The notes beneath the pieces are model-generated. The model was given only the letters and a program-made list of their open reading frames with translations. It was not told the origin of the DNA and ran no database searches. The translations under genes and the position numbers were made by a program. Shown in pieces: positions 20,956 to 31,600 of a stretch of DNA of 64,000 nucleotides (the first letter of the stretch is position 1; each line of letters opens with the position of its first letter). The stretch is from Candidatus Thermosaccharophagus tengchongensis (lineage in GTDB: Bacteria; Armatimonadota; Fervidibacteria; Fervidibacterales; Thermosaccharophagaceae), in assembly GCA_032161105.1 (NCBI GenBank), contig JAVHTD010000005.1, one strand, 5' to 3'.

Positions 20956-22485
20956 TTGAATCGCATGCGCATATTTCGCAGTCAACAGAGGGAGCTCAAG
21001 CAGCCCGACGAGGCGCTCATTGTTGCGGATGGGCGACAGATGCCTCAAGCTCAACCGACAACTCAAGTGACCACTCAACAAAAGCCAATGAAGTCGCTGC
21101 TTTTCCCGGACGAGGAGAAAGAGATGCCGGAGGATACACAACCAATTGCCGGCAGGACTAAGATGACCAAGGAGGAAAGGGAGCTCATTTCCCAACTGCG
21201 CCGAGAGATACATGAGCGCGTGATAGTTGAAATGGACAGGCATGGCATTGGCGTTGACTCGCCATCAAGCCGTGACAGGGTGAAGGAGTTTGTTGAAATG
21301 GCGTTGCACGAGTTGCTCGCTGAGGAGGCAATACCGTTATCAAGCCGGCTGCGAAGCGAGCTTGTTCAAGATGTCATTGACGAGATACTCGGCTACGGTC
21401 CGATACAACCCCTCCTTGACGATCCGACAATAACCGAAGTCATGGTTAACCATCCGAAGGGCGTGTTTTATGAGCGTGGCGGGAGGATATACCGTTCCGA
21501 TAGGACTTTTGATGATGAGGCACATGTGATGCGCATCATTGATAGGATAGTCTCACCGCTTGGGCGGCAGGTAAATGAGCGCCAGCCGATGGTTGATGCG
21601 CGTCTTCCTGACGGCTCTCGCGTTAACATCGTCATACCACCACTCGCTGTCAAAGGTCCATGCATAACGATACGCAAGTTCTCAAAGAAGCCGCTCACGA
21701 TTATGGACCTCATTAACTTTGGGACGCTCACCGAAGAGATGGCCATGTTCCTTGAGGCGTGTGTCAGGGCTCGCCTTAACATAATCGTCTCCGGCGGGAC
21801 CGGCAGCGGAAAGACAACGACCCTAAATGTTCTGTCGCACTTCATACCGCCATATGAGCGTGTCATCACCATTGAGGATGCAGCGGAACTGCAACTTGAC
21901 CACGAGGACTTGGTCACGCTTGAAGCCCGCCCACCAAACATTGAGGGTGTCGGTGAAGTAACGATCAGGGACTTGGTGAGGAATGCCCTTAGGATGCGCC
22001 CGGATAGGATAATTGTCGGTGAGGTGCGCGGTCCGGAGGCTTTGGACATGCTTCAGGCAATGAATACGGGTCATGATGGCTCTCTGAGCACGCTCCACAG
22101 CAATTCACCAAGGGACACCATCTCAAGGCTTGAGACGATGGTGCTTATGGCTGGCATGGATCTGCCGATGAGGGCGATAGCAAAACAGATTGCATCAGCG
22201 ATTGACATCATCGTTCATCAGGCGAGGCTCTCAGATGGCAGCCGAAAGATAACGCACATAACTGAGGTGCAGGGAATAGAGGCTGAAACGATCATCTTGC
22301 AGGACATATTTGTCTTTCGCCAGATAGGAATTGACGAAAACGGGAAGGTGATTGGCTATCACGAGCCGCAGGGGATAAGACCACTGTGCATGGAGCGAAT
22401 TAAGGTCGCCGGGATAAAACTCCCCGAGGATATATTCCAACAGCGCACGCCACAGCATCAGGCGCTCCTCGGAAGAAATTGGTGA
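20956..22485 (+). CDS. cpaF: CpaF/TadA Flp pilus assembly ATPase
   Basis: DARLPDGSRVN, TIRKF, Walker A GGTGSGKTT, TIED, LRMRPDRIIVGEVRG, MNTGHDG. Confidence 0.93.
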   Translation: MNRMRIFRSQQRELKQPDEALIVADGRQMPQAQPTTQVTTQQKPMKSLLFPDEEKEMPEDTQPIAGRTKMTKEERELISQLRREIHERVIVEMDRHGIGVDSPSSRDRVKEFVEMALHELLAEEAIPLSSRLRSELVQDVIDEILGYGPIQPLLDDPTITEVMVNHPKGVFYERGGRIYRSDRTFDDEAHVMRIIDRIVSPLGRQVNERQPMVDARLPDGSRVNIVIPPLAVKGPCITIRKFSKKPLTIMDLINFGTLTEEMAMFLEACVRARLNIIVSGGTGSGKTTTLNVLSHFIPPYERVITIEDAAELQLDHEDLVTLEARPPNIEGVGEVTIRDLVRNALRMRPDRIIVGEVRGPEALDMLQAMNTGHDGSLSTLHSNSPRDTISRLETMVLMAGMDLPMRAIAKQIASAIDIIVHQARLSDGSRKITHITEVQGIEAETIILQDIFVFRQIGIDENGKVIGYHEPQGIRPLCMERIKVAGIKLPEDIFQQRTPQHQALLGRNW

Positions 22486-23468
22486 TGTGGGAGGGGATGG
22501 ATGTGCCATTGCTTCTGCTCATATGTGGTGCACTCGTAGTCGTGCTTGCCATCATTTACGCTGCTTGGCTTAGCCGAAAGCCGGGGGAGCTTGAAAGGAG
22601 GTTTGAAAGGCTCGTTGAGGGTGGCACTGTGAGCGCTGCCGTTGATGTTGAAGGTGTTAGAAGGGTCCGCCCAGTTGTGCGTTTCCCGCTTCAACGGCTA
22701 TCGCAGGTGCTCTCCAAGTCACGCTGGGCACAGCGTTACGAGCTCAAGCTAATAGCCGCTGGAATACCGTTGCGCGGCGGTGAGTTCGCCTCCATAGTCA
22801 TTGTCAGTGTGGTCATGCTTGCTGCGATCACATGGCTGCTCTCAATGAACCTGCTCATAACGCTTATATCTGCATTAGTTGGTTGGTGGTTGCCGAATGC
22901 CTACCTTAACTGGCGCTATGTCTCAAGGAGGACTTTGCTTGAGAATCAGCTTGCCGATGCGTTGACAGTCATGTCAGCAGCAATTGGTGCTGGCTTTGGC
23001 TTTCTTCAGTCAATGAAGCTGGCTGCTGAGCAGCTTCCACCGCCGATATCGGATGAGCTTGAGAGGGTTGTGCGCCTATCAAGCATGGGGATGCCGATGG
23101 AGCAGGCATTACAGCAGCTTGCCATACGCGCTCAAAGCTATGACTACGATATGACCGTAACAGCAATGGTGATACAACTCCGCCGCGGTGGCAATCTAAC
23201 TCGTTTGTTGAACACCATCGCAGAGACCATAAGGCAGCGCATAGACTTGCGCGGCGAAATATCGGCAGCAACGGCGCAGGCAAGACTTAGCGGGTGGGTT
23301 CTCATAGTGCTCCCAATAGCCGTTGGAGGAATAGCCTCTATACTCAATTGGGACTATATGCAGCGTCTCTTCATGACACCGCAGGGTCAGGCAATTTTGA
23401 AGTTCGTCATTGGGTGGCAACTGGTTGGCATCCTTTGGATAAGGCAACTGCTGAAGTTTGAGCTGTGA
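22479..23468 (+). CDS. tadB: TadB-like type II secretion system F family protein
   Basis: QLADAL...GAGFGFLQS, GGNL..LL..IAETIRQR; directly follows cpaF. Confidence 0.88.
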   Translation: MVMWEGMDVPLLLLICGALVVVLAIIYAAWLSRKPGELERRFERLVEGGTVSAAVDVEGVRRVRPVVRFPLQRLSQVLSKSRWAQRYELKLIAAGIPLRGGEFASIVIVSVVMLAAITWLLSMNLLITLISALVGWWLPNAYLNWRYVSRRTLLENQLADALTVMSAAIGAGFGFLQSMKLAAEQLPPPISDELERVVRLSSMGMPMEQALQQLAIRAQSYDYDMTVTAMVIQLRRGGNLTRLLNTIAETIRQRIDLRGEISAATAQARLSGWVLIVLPIAVGGIASILNWDYMQRLFMTPQGQAILKFVIGWQLVGILWIRQLLKFEL

Positions 23469-24411
23469 GGGGATGGAAATGATATTCATCCTTGCAGTTG
23501 GCTGGATGATCGCCGTAGTCACACTCATGCTCGGCGTGGCAAGCACTATAGCAGTTAGGCGCATTCAAGAACGCTTTGATGAGTTGACTCGCCCTGCAGG
23601 TGAAGTTGAGGAGTTGTTGCTTGCTGAGGAACTTGAAAAGCCGTTTTTGGAGCGCGTCATAAAACCGCTCATTGAACGGCTCGGATATGCTATGCGCCTT
23701 CCGAGCGAAGCCGCAAATCAGATTGACGCTTTACTTGAGATGGCAGGTAGACCGTGGAACATGAGTGTCATTCACTTTGTTGGGTTGAGGTTGCTTTGCG
23801 GCGTGGTCGGCATTGGGCTTGCCATACCAGCCTTCATTGTGGCTACAAGCCTGCTTGGGCGCCCGGCAACAGCCATTTTGCTTTCAAGCCCGTTGCCAAT
23901 CATCGGCTTCCTTGCGCCATCGTTTGCATTGCGGAGGTATGCTAAGCGGCGTGTGGCGAGGATAAGGCGTGAGCTGCCGGATGTGATTGACCTCATAGTC
24001 CTTTCGCTTGAGGCAGGCATCGGGTTTGATGGCGCTATCGCAGAGGTGACGAAGCGTTTCAGGAGTCCACTCGCTTACGAGCTCTCGAGGGTGCTTGCGG
24101 AGACATCACGCGGCAGGATGCGCTCCGAAGCATTGAGGGCGATGGCGAAGAGGCTGCGCTTGGAAGACATCTCATTGCTTGTAGCCGCAGTTTATCAGGC
24201 TGAGACGCTTGGAACAAGCTTGAGTGAGGCATTACGCTCATTAGCTACGCAGCTTAGGCAACGCAGGCTGAGGATGCTCCGTGAGCAGGCAGCAAAGCTG
24301 CCAGTTAAGCTCCTCATCCCACTCGTGCTATGCATCTTTCCGGCATTGCTTGCTGTGCTCCTTGGACCGGCAGTTGTGCTTTTCTTTGAGGTCATGGGAG
24401 GCGGTAGGTGA
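23458..24411 (+). CDS. tadC: TadC-like type II secretion system F family protein
   Basis: ELPDVIDLIVLSLEAGIGFD, GTSLSEALR, KLPVKLLIPLVLCIFPA...GPA. Confidence 0.88.
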   Translation: MSCEGMEMIFILAVGWMIAVVTLMLGVASTIAVRRIQERFDELTRPAGEVEELLLAEELEKPFLERVIKPLIERLGYAMRLPSEAANQIDALLEMAGRPWNMSVIHFVGLRLLCGVVGIGLAIPAFIVATSLLGRPATAILLSSPLPIIGFLAPSFALRRYAKRRVARIRRELPDVIDLIVLSLEAGIGFDGAIAEVTKRFRSPLAYELSRVLAETSRGRMRSEALRAMAKRLRLEDISLLVAAVYQAETLGTSLSEALRSLATQLRQRRLRMLREQAAKLPVKLLIPLVLCIFPALLAVLLGPAVVLFFEVMGGGR

Positions 24412-24486
24412 ACTGTTAAGCCGTTGATGACATAGCCAGCTCCACTTCGTTTGTCTTGGTCCATTCGCTTTGGGATGCTGCACTGA

Positions 24487-25548
24487 TTATGTTGGCATGT
24501 GGAGATGCTTTTTTGCCTCTTCGGGTGTGTCAAACCAAAGGCGCTGCTCATACATGCGCTTGTAGTATTCTTTGAACGATGGGTGCTCCCTTATCTTTCG
24601 CCACCACCATTCGTTTGAGCGATACCAATCAACGGTTATGCGGAGCCCTTCCTCAAACTTGTATTTCGGCGACCAGTTGAGAGAGCGCAGTTTGCTTGCA
24701 TCCATTGCATATCGCCTGTCATGTCCCGGTCTGTCGGCAACATATTTGATCAGCGTTTTTGGTTTGCCGAGCATCTCCAGAATGAGGTGCGCCACAGCGA
24801 TGTTGTGCATCTCTTGATTGGCAGCGATGTTATAAACCTCGCCGGGTTCACCGCGCTCTATTAGCAGCTCAATGGCTTCGCAGTGATCCTCAACGAAGAG
24901 CCAATCTCGTATTTGCCTCCCATCACCGTATATCGGCAACGGCATCCCATCAATGGCGTTTGTTATCAGCAGCGGGATGAACTTCTCTGGGTGTTGATAG
25001 GGTCCGTATGTGTTGCAGCCTCGCGTGATGATGACCGGCAAACTGTATGAATGAAAGTATGCAAGTGCCATCAAGTCTCCGCCAGCCTTGCTCGCTGAGT
25101 ATGGATTGCGCGGGCACAGTCTGTATGTCTCGTCCGCAGCACCCTCGCTCAAGCTGCCGTAGACTTCATCCGAAGAAACTTGAATGAACTTCTTAACGCC
25201 GTATTTGCGGCACGCCTCAAGCAATATGTGAACGCCGTAGACATCCGTCATGATGAACGAGCCGGGCGAAAGGAGCGACCTGTCAACATGTGTTTCAGCG
25301 GCGAAGTTGACCACCACTTCGGGCTTGAATTGCTCAAACACTCTCGCAACGGTATCGGCATCGCATATGTCGCCCCTCAAGAAGTGAAATCTCTCCACGC
25401 CGAGCATGTCATGCAGGTTGTCAATGTTGCCGGCATATGTGAGCTTATCAAGGACGATGACCTCAAAGTCATCATGCTTGCGCATCCACATGCGGGCGAA
25501 GTTGCTCCCTATGAAGCCAGCACCACCAGCTATCAGAATTGATGGCAT
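24487..25548 (-). CDS. rfbB: dTDP-glucose 4,6-dehydratase
   Basis: GGAGFIGS, DKLTYAGN, AAETHVDRS, DEVYG, YSASK, DRPGHDRRY. Confidence 0.95.
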   Translation of the reverse strand: MPSILIAGGAGFIGSNFARMWMRKHDDFEVIVLDKLTYAGNIDNLHDMLGVERFHFLRGDICDADTVARVFEQFKPEVVVNFAAETHVDRSLLSPGSFIMTDVYGVHILLEACRKYGVKKFIQVSSDEVYGSLSEGAADETYRLCPRNPYSASKAGGDLMALAYFHSYSLPVIITRGCNTYGPYQHPEKFIPLLITNAIDGMPLPIYGDGRQIRDWLFVEDHCEAIELLIERGEPGEVYNIAANQEMHNIAVAHLILEMLGKPKTLIKYVADRPGHDRRYAMDASKLRSLNWSPKYKFEEGLRITVDWYRSNEWWWRKIREHPSFKEYYKRMYEQRLWFDTPEEAKKHLHMPT

Positions 25549-25780
25549 TGTTCAAGTGCACCCCCACAAGTTGGGTCAGCCAGCGGCAATTAAAGTTTGG
25601 CGGCAAGCGCTGCAGCGCGCAATATGTCATGATATCATGCTGAGCTAAGGGTTCCGTGAGCATGAGAAAGCAGTGATCCTTTCATAGCCTGAGTGCCAGT
25701 TTGACGGCATCACTGTGCCATTGGCGAAATTTGAAGATGGCTGCCAAGATGCAAAAGCGATTTGCGGGGAGTGAGGCGAA

Positions 25781-27229
25781 GTGAACTCGTGTAGCCATCA
25801 ACATCTCTCCGCAAGGCTAAAGCTGCTCATCCTGCTCGTCATCCTCACCCATGCTGTGCTCTCGGTGTCATACAACTTCATCATACCGTTGGGTTATGGT
25901 CCTGATGAACCGCACCATTACGGCTATGTGCAGCACCTTGTGCTCTACCGCTCTTTGCCGGTGCTCGGACCTTCCACACACCCGTATCTATGTCACAGAG
26001 ACCCACGCCCTCCAAATGCCATCGGCATACATCCGCCACTTTACTATGCCATCCTTGCACCCATCTATCGTCTCCTTGCCGATGGGAGGATTGATTTCAC
26101 CCCGTCAGGTAGTGAGAAGCTCCCCTTTAAGCTGCTTCCGTATGAGCGCAGCAGGCTAATTCAAAGGGTGTTTCGCCTGTTCTCATTGTTGATGAGCTTG
26201 GCGACACTCTGGTTCGTTTGGGGCATAACATCATCTGTGTTCAAGGATGCGGAGTTATCGTTCGCCGTCTTGGCATTTGTTGCGCTGCTACCACACTACC
26301 TCATGTTGAGCGCGGTCATCAACAACGATTCCATCACGATACTCACAGCCCACGCATTCCTATTCACGGTCATATACAGCATGGGCAGTTCCGTAAACCC
26401 ATTAGTCGGCTCTGGGCTAATCGGCATGTCTTGTGGCTTAATGCTCTTGAGCAAAGCCTCGTCGCTTTCACTCACACCGCTACAGGTTATCGGAGCGCTT
26501 TCTTGCGGACGCAGGGCACAATCACGCATGCAGCGTTTGGCATGCATAGCGCTGGCACTCGTTCTGCCAGCCGCAATTGCTGGTTGGTGGTATGTGCGCT
26601 TCTATATCCTCAATGGCAGGCTGATGCCGATAGTCAAATGGGTTTATGAGCCGAGCATGCTTCTAAGCTCACCTGCTGAGTTCCTGACTGACGGGCGCTC
26701 ATGGCGGTTGCTGTGGCGGTTCATCAAAGGCTCACACCGAAGCCTTTGGGCACAGGTTGATTGGTTCATCTTCAAGCCCGAGCACGGCAAGCTATGGAGC
26801 CAATTCTACGGCTCACCAAACGCGGCGTTCTATCCATACTCGGAGGCAGTTTATTCGCTCATTGTGCTCTTGACCGTGCTCTCACTCTTTGGTTTGCTTC
26901 TGCGGTTTGCCATATGGCTTCGCAACCGGGATTTGAAACCGCATTATAGTCTTCAAATTGTTGCAGCGATGCCATTTGCCCTCCTTTATGCAGCGCTGAT
27001 GGACTACACTCTGTTCACCCATCCGGGTGGATATGAAGGCGGCAGGTATCTAATGCCAGCCATATGCTCTTTCGGGATCATCTTCTGGTGTGGCATCAGT
27101 GACTTGATTGGGGAAGGCTATCGCAAAGTTGCGATAGCGTGCGTCATCCTGCTCCTTCTTGCGCTGAATGCCCTTTGCATCGGCAACTTGGTCACATTCC
27201 TCAATCCACTCTATGCGCCGTCGTTTTAG
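25781..27229 (+). CDS. Multi-pass GT-C fold membrane glycosyltransferase (DUF2142/GT39-like)
   Basis: PDEPHH, HPPLYY, INND, GRYL motifs; many TM helices. Confidence 0.75.
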   Translation: MNSCSHQHLSARLKLLILLVILTHAVLSVSYNFIIPLGYGPDEPHHYGYVQHLVLYRSLPVLGPSTHPYLCHRDPRPPNAIGIHPPLYYAILAPIYRLLADGRIDFTPSGSEKLPFKLLPYERSRLIQRVFRLFSLLMSLATLWFVWGITSSVFKDAELSFAVLAFVALLPHYLMLSAVINNDSITILTAHAFLFTVIYSMGSSVNPLVGSGLIGMSCGLMLLSKASSLSLTPLQVIGALSCGRRAQSRMQRLACIALALVLPAAIAGWWYVRFYILNGRLMPIVKWVYEPSMLLSSPAEFLTDGRSWRLLWRFIKGSHRSLWAQVDWFIFKPEHGKLWSQFYGSPNAAFYPYSEAVYSLIVLLTVLSLFGLLLRFAIWLRNRDLKPHYSLQIVAAMPFALLYAALMDYTLFTHPGGYEGGRYLMPAICSFGIIFWCGISDLIGEGYRKVAIACVILLLLALNALCIGNLVTFLNPLYAPSF

Positions 27230-27463
27230 GAGTGGGCTTGATGCCGGCTTCAATAGGCATGAAGTTCATGCCCGGCATGGCGATTTAATTAACCCGCAAG
27301 ATGACTGCCTCACTTTCGTTTTCCCAAGATGGCTTTTAAGATGTGTAATCGGGCAGTGAAAGCTGCATCTCATGATCTGCGAAGTGGCAGTGGTCACGAA
27401 CTTAACGCCGTTACGGTGGTTGGCGATAGCCTGCGAAGGTGAAGGGCATACCTTCGTCCACCG

Positions 27464-28651
27464 GTGAGGTGCTGCAGAAAAGCCATGGAGTTTCGCACGC
27501 TCTACACAATTGACCAGAAGCTGTTTGGGCTCATCGCGAGCGTTGTGGGCATTGGCTTCAAGTGCGGGCACTATAGCGCCGTTGCAGAACAATGGCAGAG
27601 GGTTGCCGTATCCAAGTATGTTGGGATGGGCAGTCTGCTTCTCACGACGCCACTGGTGAGGGCGCTCAGGGGGCGCTCAGAGGCGACAATTGCCCTCGTC
27701 ACGCTCAAGCAGCATGAGGAATTGGCTTACATGCTCGGCTTTGATAAGTGCTTCACTCTGGATGCATCATCCCCGGCTACAGCAATCAAGTCACTGTTGG
27801 GATTAATCATGTCGCTTCGCCGCTGGCATCCCGATGCATTCTTTGAGCTTGAGTTCTTTTCAAATGCGGCAGCGTTGATTGCCTTCCTTTCGGGGGCGAA
27901 GGTGCGCATCGGATTTCATCACGCACAATCGCCGCGCGGACGATTGTTAACGCATGTCATCCCAATTACTCCGAGGCACACATGCCAGCTCTTCCTTGCT
28001 CAAGCTTGGGCAATCGGAATTGAGGCGGAATTTGATTGGTCGCTTACACGCCCATCATATGAGTTGGAGAAGGTTCGTGAGCATGTTCTCAAGCTGCCAC
28101 GCCCATTCATCGTCGTCAATCCAAACGCCGGTGAGATGGCTTTGCAGCGCCGCTGGTTTGGGGAGCGCTTCCGGGAGCTAATGATTCGCCTGTTGAATGC
28201 CTACCCGAACATCCATATATGCGTCATTGGCGCGCCAAAGGAAGCAAGCTATGTTAGGCATGTGCTCACCGGCATTGAGGAACACGAGCGCATACATAAC
28301 TTGGTCGGGAAACTCAACCTGCATGAACTTTGCATGCTGCTTGATGAGGCTCTGCTGCTGGTCACAAACGATAGCGGTCCAATGCACATTGCGGCGGCAC
28401 TCGGCACACCGTGCGTTGCCATATTCGGTCCTGAATCGCCATCGCACTATGCCCCAATTGGGGATCAGCACCAAGTCATATACAAGGCGTTGCCATGTTC
28501 GCCATGCCTTAACCCCTATGATGGCAAGATGTTTGCATGCCCATTTGAAATGGCGTGCATGCGTCTGATAAGCGTTGATGAAGTATTTGACAGCGTAGCC
28601 ATACTGCTTGAAAGGCAAGCAGCCGTCAAGCGAGATTCCCAAAGCGCATGA
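27464..28651 (+). CDS. Glycosyltransferase family 9 (heptosyltransferase-like)
   Basis: VNPNA...RRW, TNDSGPMHIAAALGTPCVAIFGP, LPCSPC...CM. Start likely 27486. Confidence 0.9.
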   Translation: MRCCRKAMEFRTLYTIDQKLFGLIASVVGIGFKCGHYSAVAEQWQRVAVSKYVGMGSLLLTTPLVRALRGRSEATIALVTLKQHEELAYMLGFDKCFTLDASSPATAIKSLLGLIMSLRRWHPDAFFELEFFSNAAALIAFLSGAKVRIGFHHAQSPRGRLLTHVIPITPRHTCQLFLAQAWAIGIEAEFDWSLTRPSYELEKVREHVLKLPRPFIVVNPNAGEMALQRRWFGERFRELMIRLLNAYPNIHICVIGAPKEASYVRHVLTGIEEHERIHNLVGKLNLHELCMLLDEALLLVTNDSGPMHIAAALGTPCVAIFGPESPSHYAPIGDQHQVIYKALPCSPCLNPYDGKMFACPFEMACMRLISVDEVFDSVAILLERQAAVKRDSQSA

Positions 28652-31600
28652 AGGGGTGGATGGCAATGCGTGCTATGAATAAAGCCTTTAGCCTTTGCAT
28701 CGGTCTCGTTGTGCTCTTCCCGTTCTCAATCGGCTATCCGATTGAACTTACTTTTACCGCTGCCATCAGCAAAGACGAGTGGGATTACGAAAACACGCTT
28801 GAGTTTCCACATCACCCATGGCGCACCGATAAGAGCAAGGGCGGTTATAGCGCACCAACGATGGAACGCCTGCTCGGCTTGCTTCACATTCAAGGTCCAA
28901 TCCCGCCACATAGCAGTTGGGAAACTGCTCCGACAAAAGACCTGGTCAGGCACTTTCGCATTGCTTTCAAGCGCCCCGTGCAAGTCGGAACGCTGATTGG
29001 ATTTATTGGTGATTGCGAAGTGAGCTACCTAAAGCCGGGGATCAATTCACCGAGTGACCCAAACAATGAGTTGCATTGGGCGAAGGTGGGCGAGCCCTTG
29101 CCGAGAAAGCCGTTTAGAGCTGTCACATTCCCAAAGGGCGCCGTTACGAGCGCCATCAGGCTCACATTCCGATTGCCACAGCCACCAGCCCAACCCAAAC
29201 CCTCTGTCATATACGGCTTGGCGATTTTGCGCGAGAGGCTTTACGACTGGGCACAGTGGTCAACGCCAATCGCCGAAAGTTACATTAGGCGAACCGCAGC
29301 CGAAGCCGAAAGGCACAGCCCATGGAGTTTAATTGATGGCAATGTGGATACCGACTGGAGAAGCGCAAGGGAAGAACCGATAACGGAGAGGTCGCCATCT
29401 TGGGTCATCTTGCGTTGGGAGCAACCAAGACGCATAAGCGGAGTGTGGCTTGTCAATGTATTTGGTAAGCGCATCGCTGTTGATGCGTATGTTGGGAGAG
29501 GCATTGTCAATCCGGCACTTGCCCACGAAAACGCATGGAAGCAAGTTGCTATAGCTGATGTTCCGATATGGTGGCGCCCACCTTACACCGACTTCGCTGT
29601 CAAATTCACCGAGCAAGTTGAAACGGCAGCTTTAAGGATTCGCATCGTAGAGCCATTGACGAGCGAAAATCCGGACATCGCTTATGTGACGCAAGGCGGA
29701 AAGTTGAGAAACATTGCACGCATCGGAGAAGTTCTCGCACTTGAGGATGTTGGTGATAAGGACTTGCCGGTGCCCTCCAAGCCGAAGGAGTTAACACCGC
29801 CGATCCCGATTCGCTACGCGCTGCCAAAGGATGGCTATGTCACGATCGCGATAAACGACGCACACGGAAAACGCCTCCGCAACTTGATTGCGCACTCCTT
29901 CAGGCGCAAGGGTGAGAATGTGGATTGGTGGGACGGGACTGATGATAATGGCAGGTTAGTTTCCCCCGGAAAATATGAGGCAACCATCATTTGGCGAGGG
30001 GAGCTCAATCTGCGCTACCAATTCTCGGTTTATTGGTCGGGGAAAACACCATGGCTTCTCCCAGACGGCACTGGAGGATGGCTTTCAGATCACTGTCCAC
30101 CGAGGAGCATAGCAATCGTTGGCGATAGGGTTTTCATCGGCGCATTCACTGCTGAATCCGGCGATACACTTATGGCGCTTGATCTAAAGGGAAATAAGCT
30201 TTGGGGAACCAAGTGGCTTGACCTCGGTGGGGCAGCGCTGCTTTGCTCTGATGGGGAAAAGCTCTATGTCGCAAGCAAAGGTGCTTGGCTCGGCTTTCGT
30301 GGCTTGCAAGCAACAATATCCGAGCTTGACCCAAAGACTTTCCAATTTCGCGGGTTGATGAGGTTGAAGGAGGATGCTGGCATTGAGGGCATTGCAGCAC
30401 ATAGCGGCACACTCTTCGTATCCTATCGCAACCGCGATGAAGTTGTGGCTTATGACATCGCCAAGCTTTCGCAATCTCCCGATGAACCCGAAAAGGCAAT
30501 CATAAGGACATACAGCATCCACAAGCCGGGCGCAATTTGGTTTGATAAGCAGACAAGCAGCTTGCTCGTGGTCAGCTCAACAAGCATCGTCAAGGTTGAC
30601 GCAACTTCAGGGGAGGTCAAAACGCTCATCACCGATTCACTTGATGAGCCGCAGTCAATATTTGTCTCCGAGGGTGGGGAAATTTTTGTCTCCGACAGGG
30701 GTCATAGCCACCAAGTCAAAGTCTTTTCCCCGGGTGGCAAACTCCTCAGGGTCATCGGTGAAGCTGGCGGGCGCACTGTTGGTCCATACAACCCGAAGCG
30801 CATGGCTAATCCCTACGGAATCGCCGTTGACGGCGCCGGAAGGCTTTGGGTTGCCGAAGAGGATTATCAACCAAAGCGCCTCTCTATCTGGGATGCACGC
30901 ACGGGCAAATTGCTCCGTGAGTTCATTGGCGGACCTGAGTATGGTGGTGGTCCAGTGTGGCTCAGCAGGGATAAGCGCAGCGCCTACTACAGGGGCATGG
31001 AATTTGAGCTTGACTTTTCCAATGGCAATTGGAGGCTCAAACGGGTTTACTACCGAATCGGTGATGAGGCGCATGGGCACATCTTCCCAGTGACCCCGGA
31101 TAGACCCATTGAGTTCAGCGGAAGGAGGCTTTTGGTCTATGACTTTGGGTTGCATACGGGCTATGTGCTGATAGCTGAGGATATCGGTGACTACGCAAAG
31201 CCGCTTGCTGCATTTGGGTCATGTGAATGGGCAACTGGTGGCGCCGGCAGAAATCCATATGCATCGGGTGCGAGGCTATTGAGCGATGAATTTTTCCGGG
31301 CGCTGGGTGATAGGGACCCGTTCAAATTCAACTTTGTTTGGGCTGATGAAAACGGTGATGGGAGGTTGGAAATGGGCGAAGTGGGTTTCCACGAAGCACC
31401 GAAAGTCAACGGCGAAGTTGCGAGATTGTTCGTTTACTGGGGTTGCCTTTTGAGTCCGAAGGATTTGAGTGTTGCTATGGAAGGTGCTGGTAGGCTTTGG
31501 CTTGTCAAAGTCTCAAGCTGGACGAGAGCTGGCGCCCCAGTTTATGACCTTAAGGGCGCACGCCAAATCGGTCCAACACCGATAAGGGGAGTCGGCTGTG

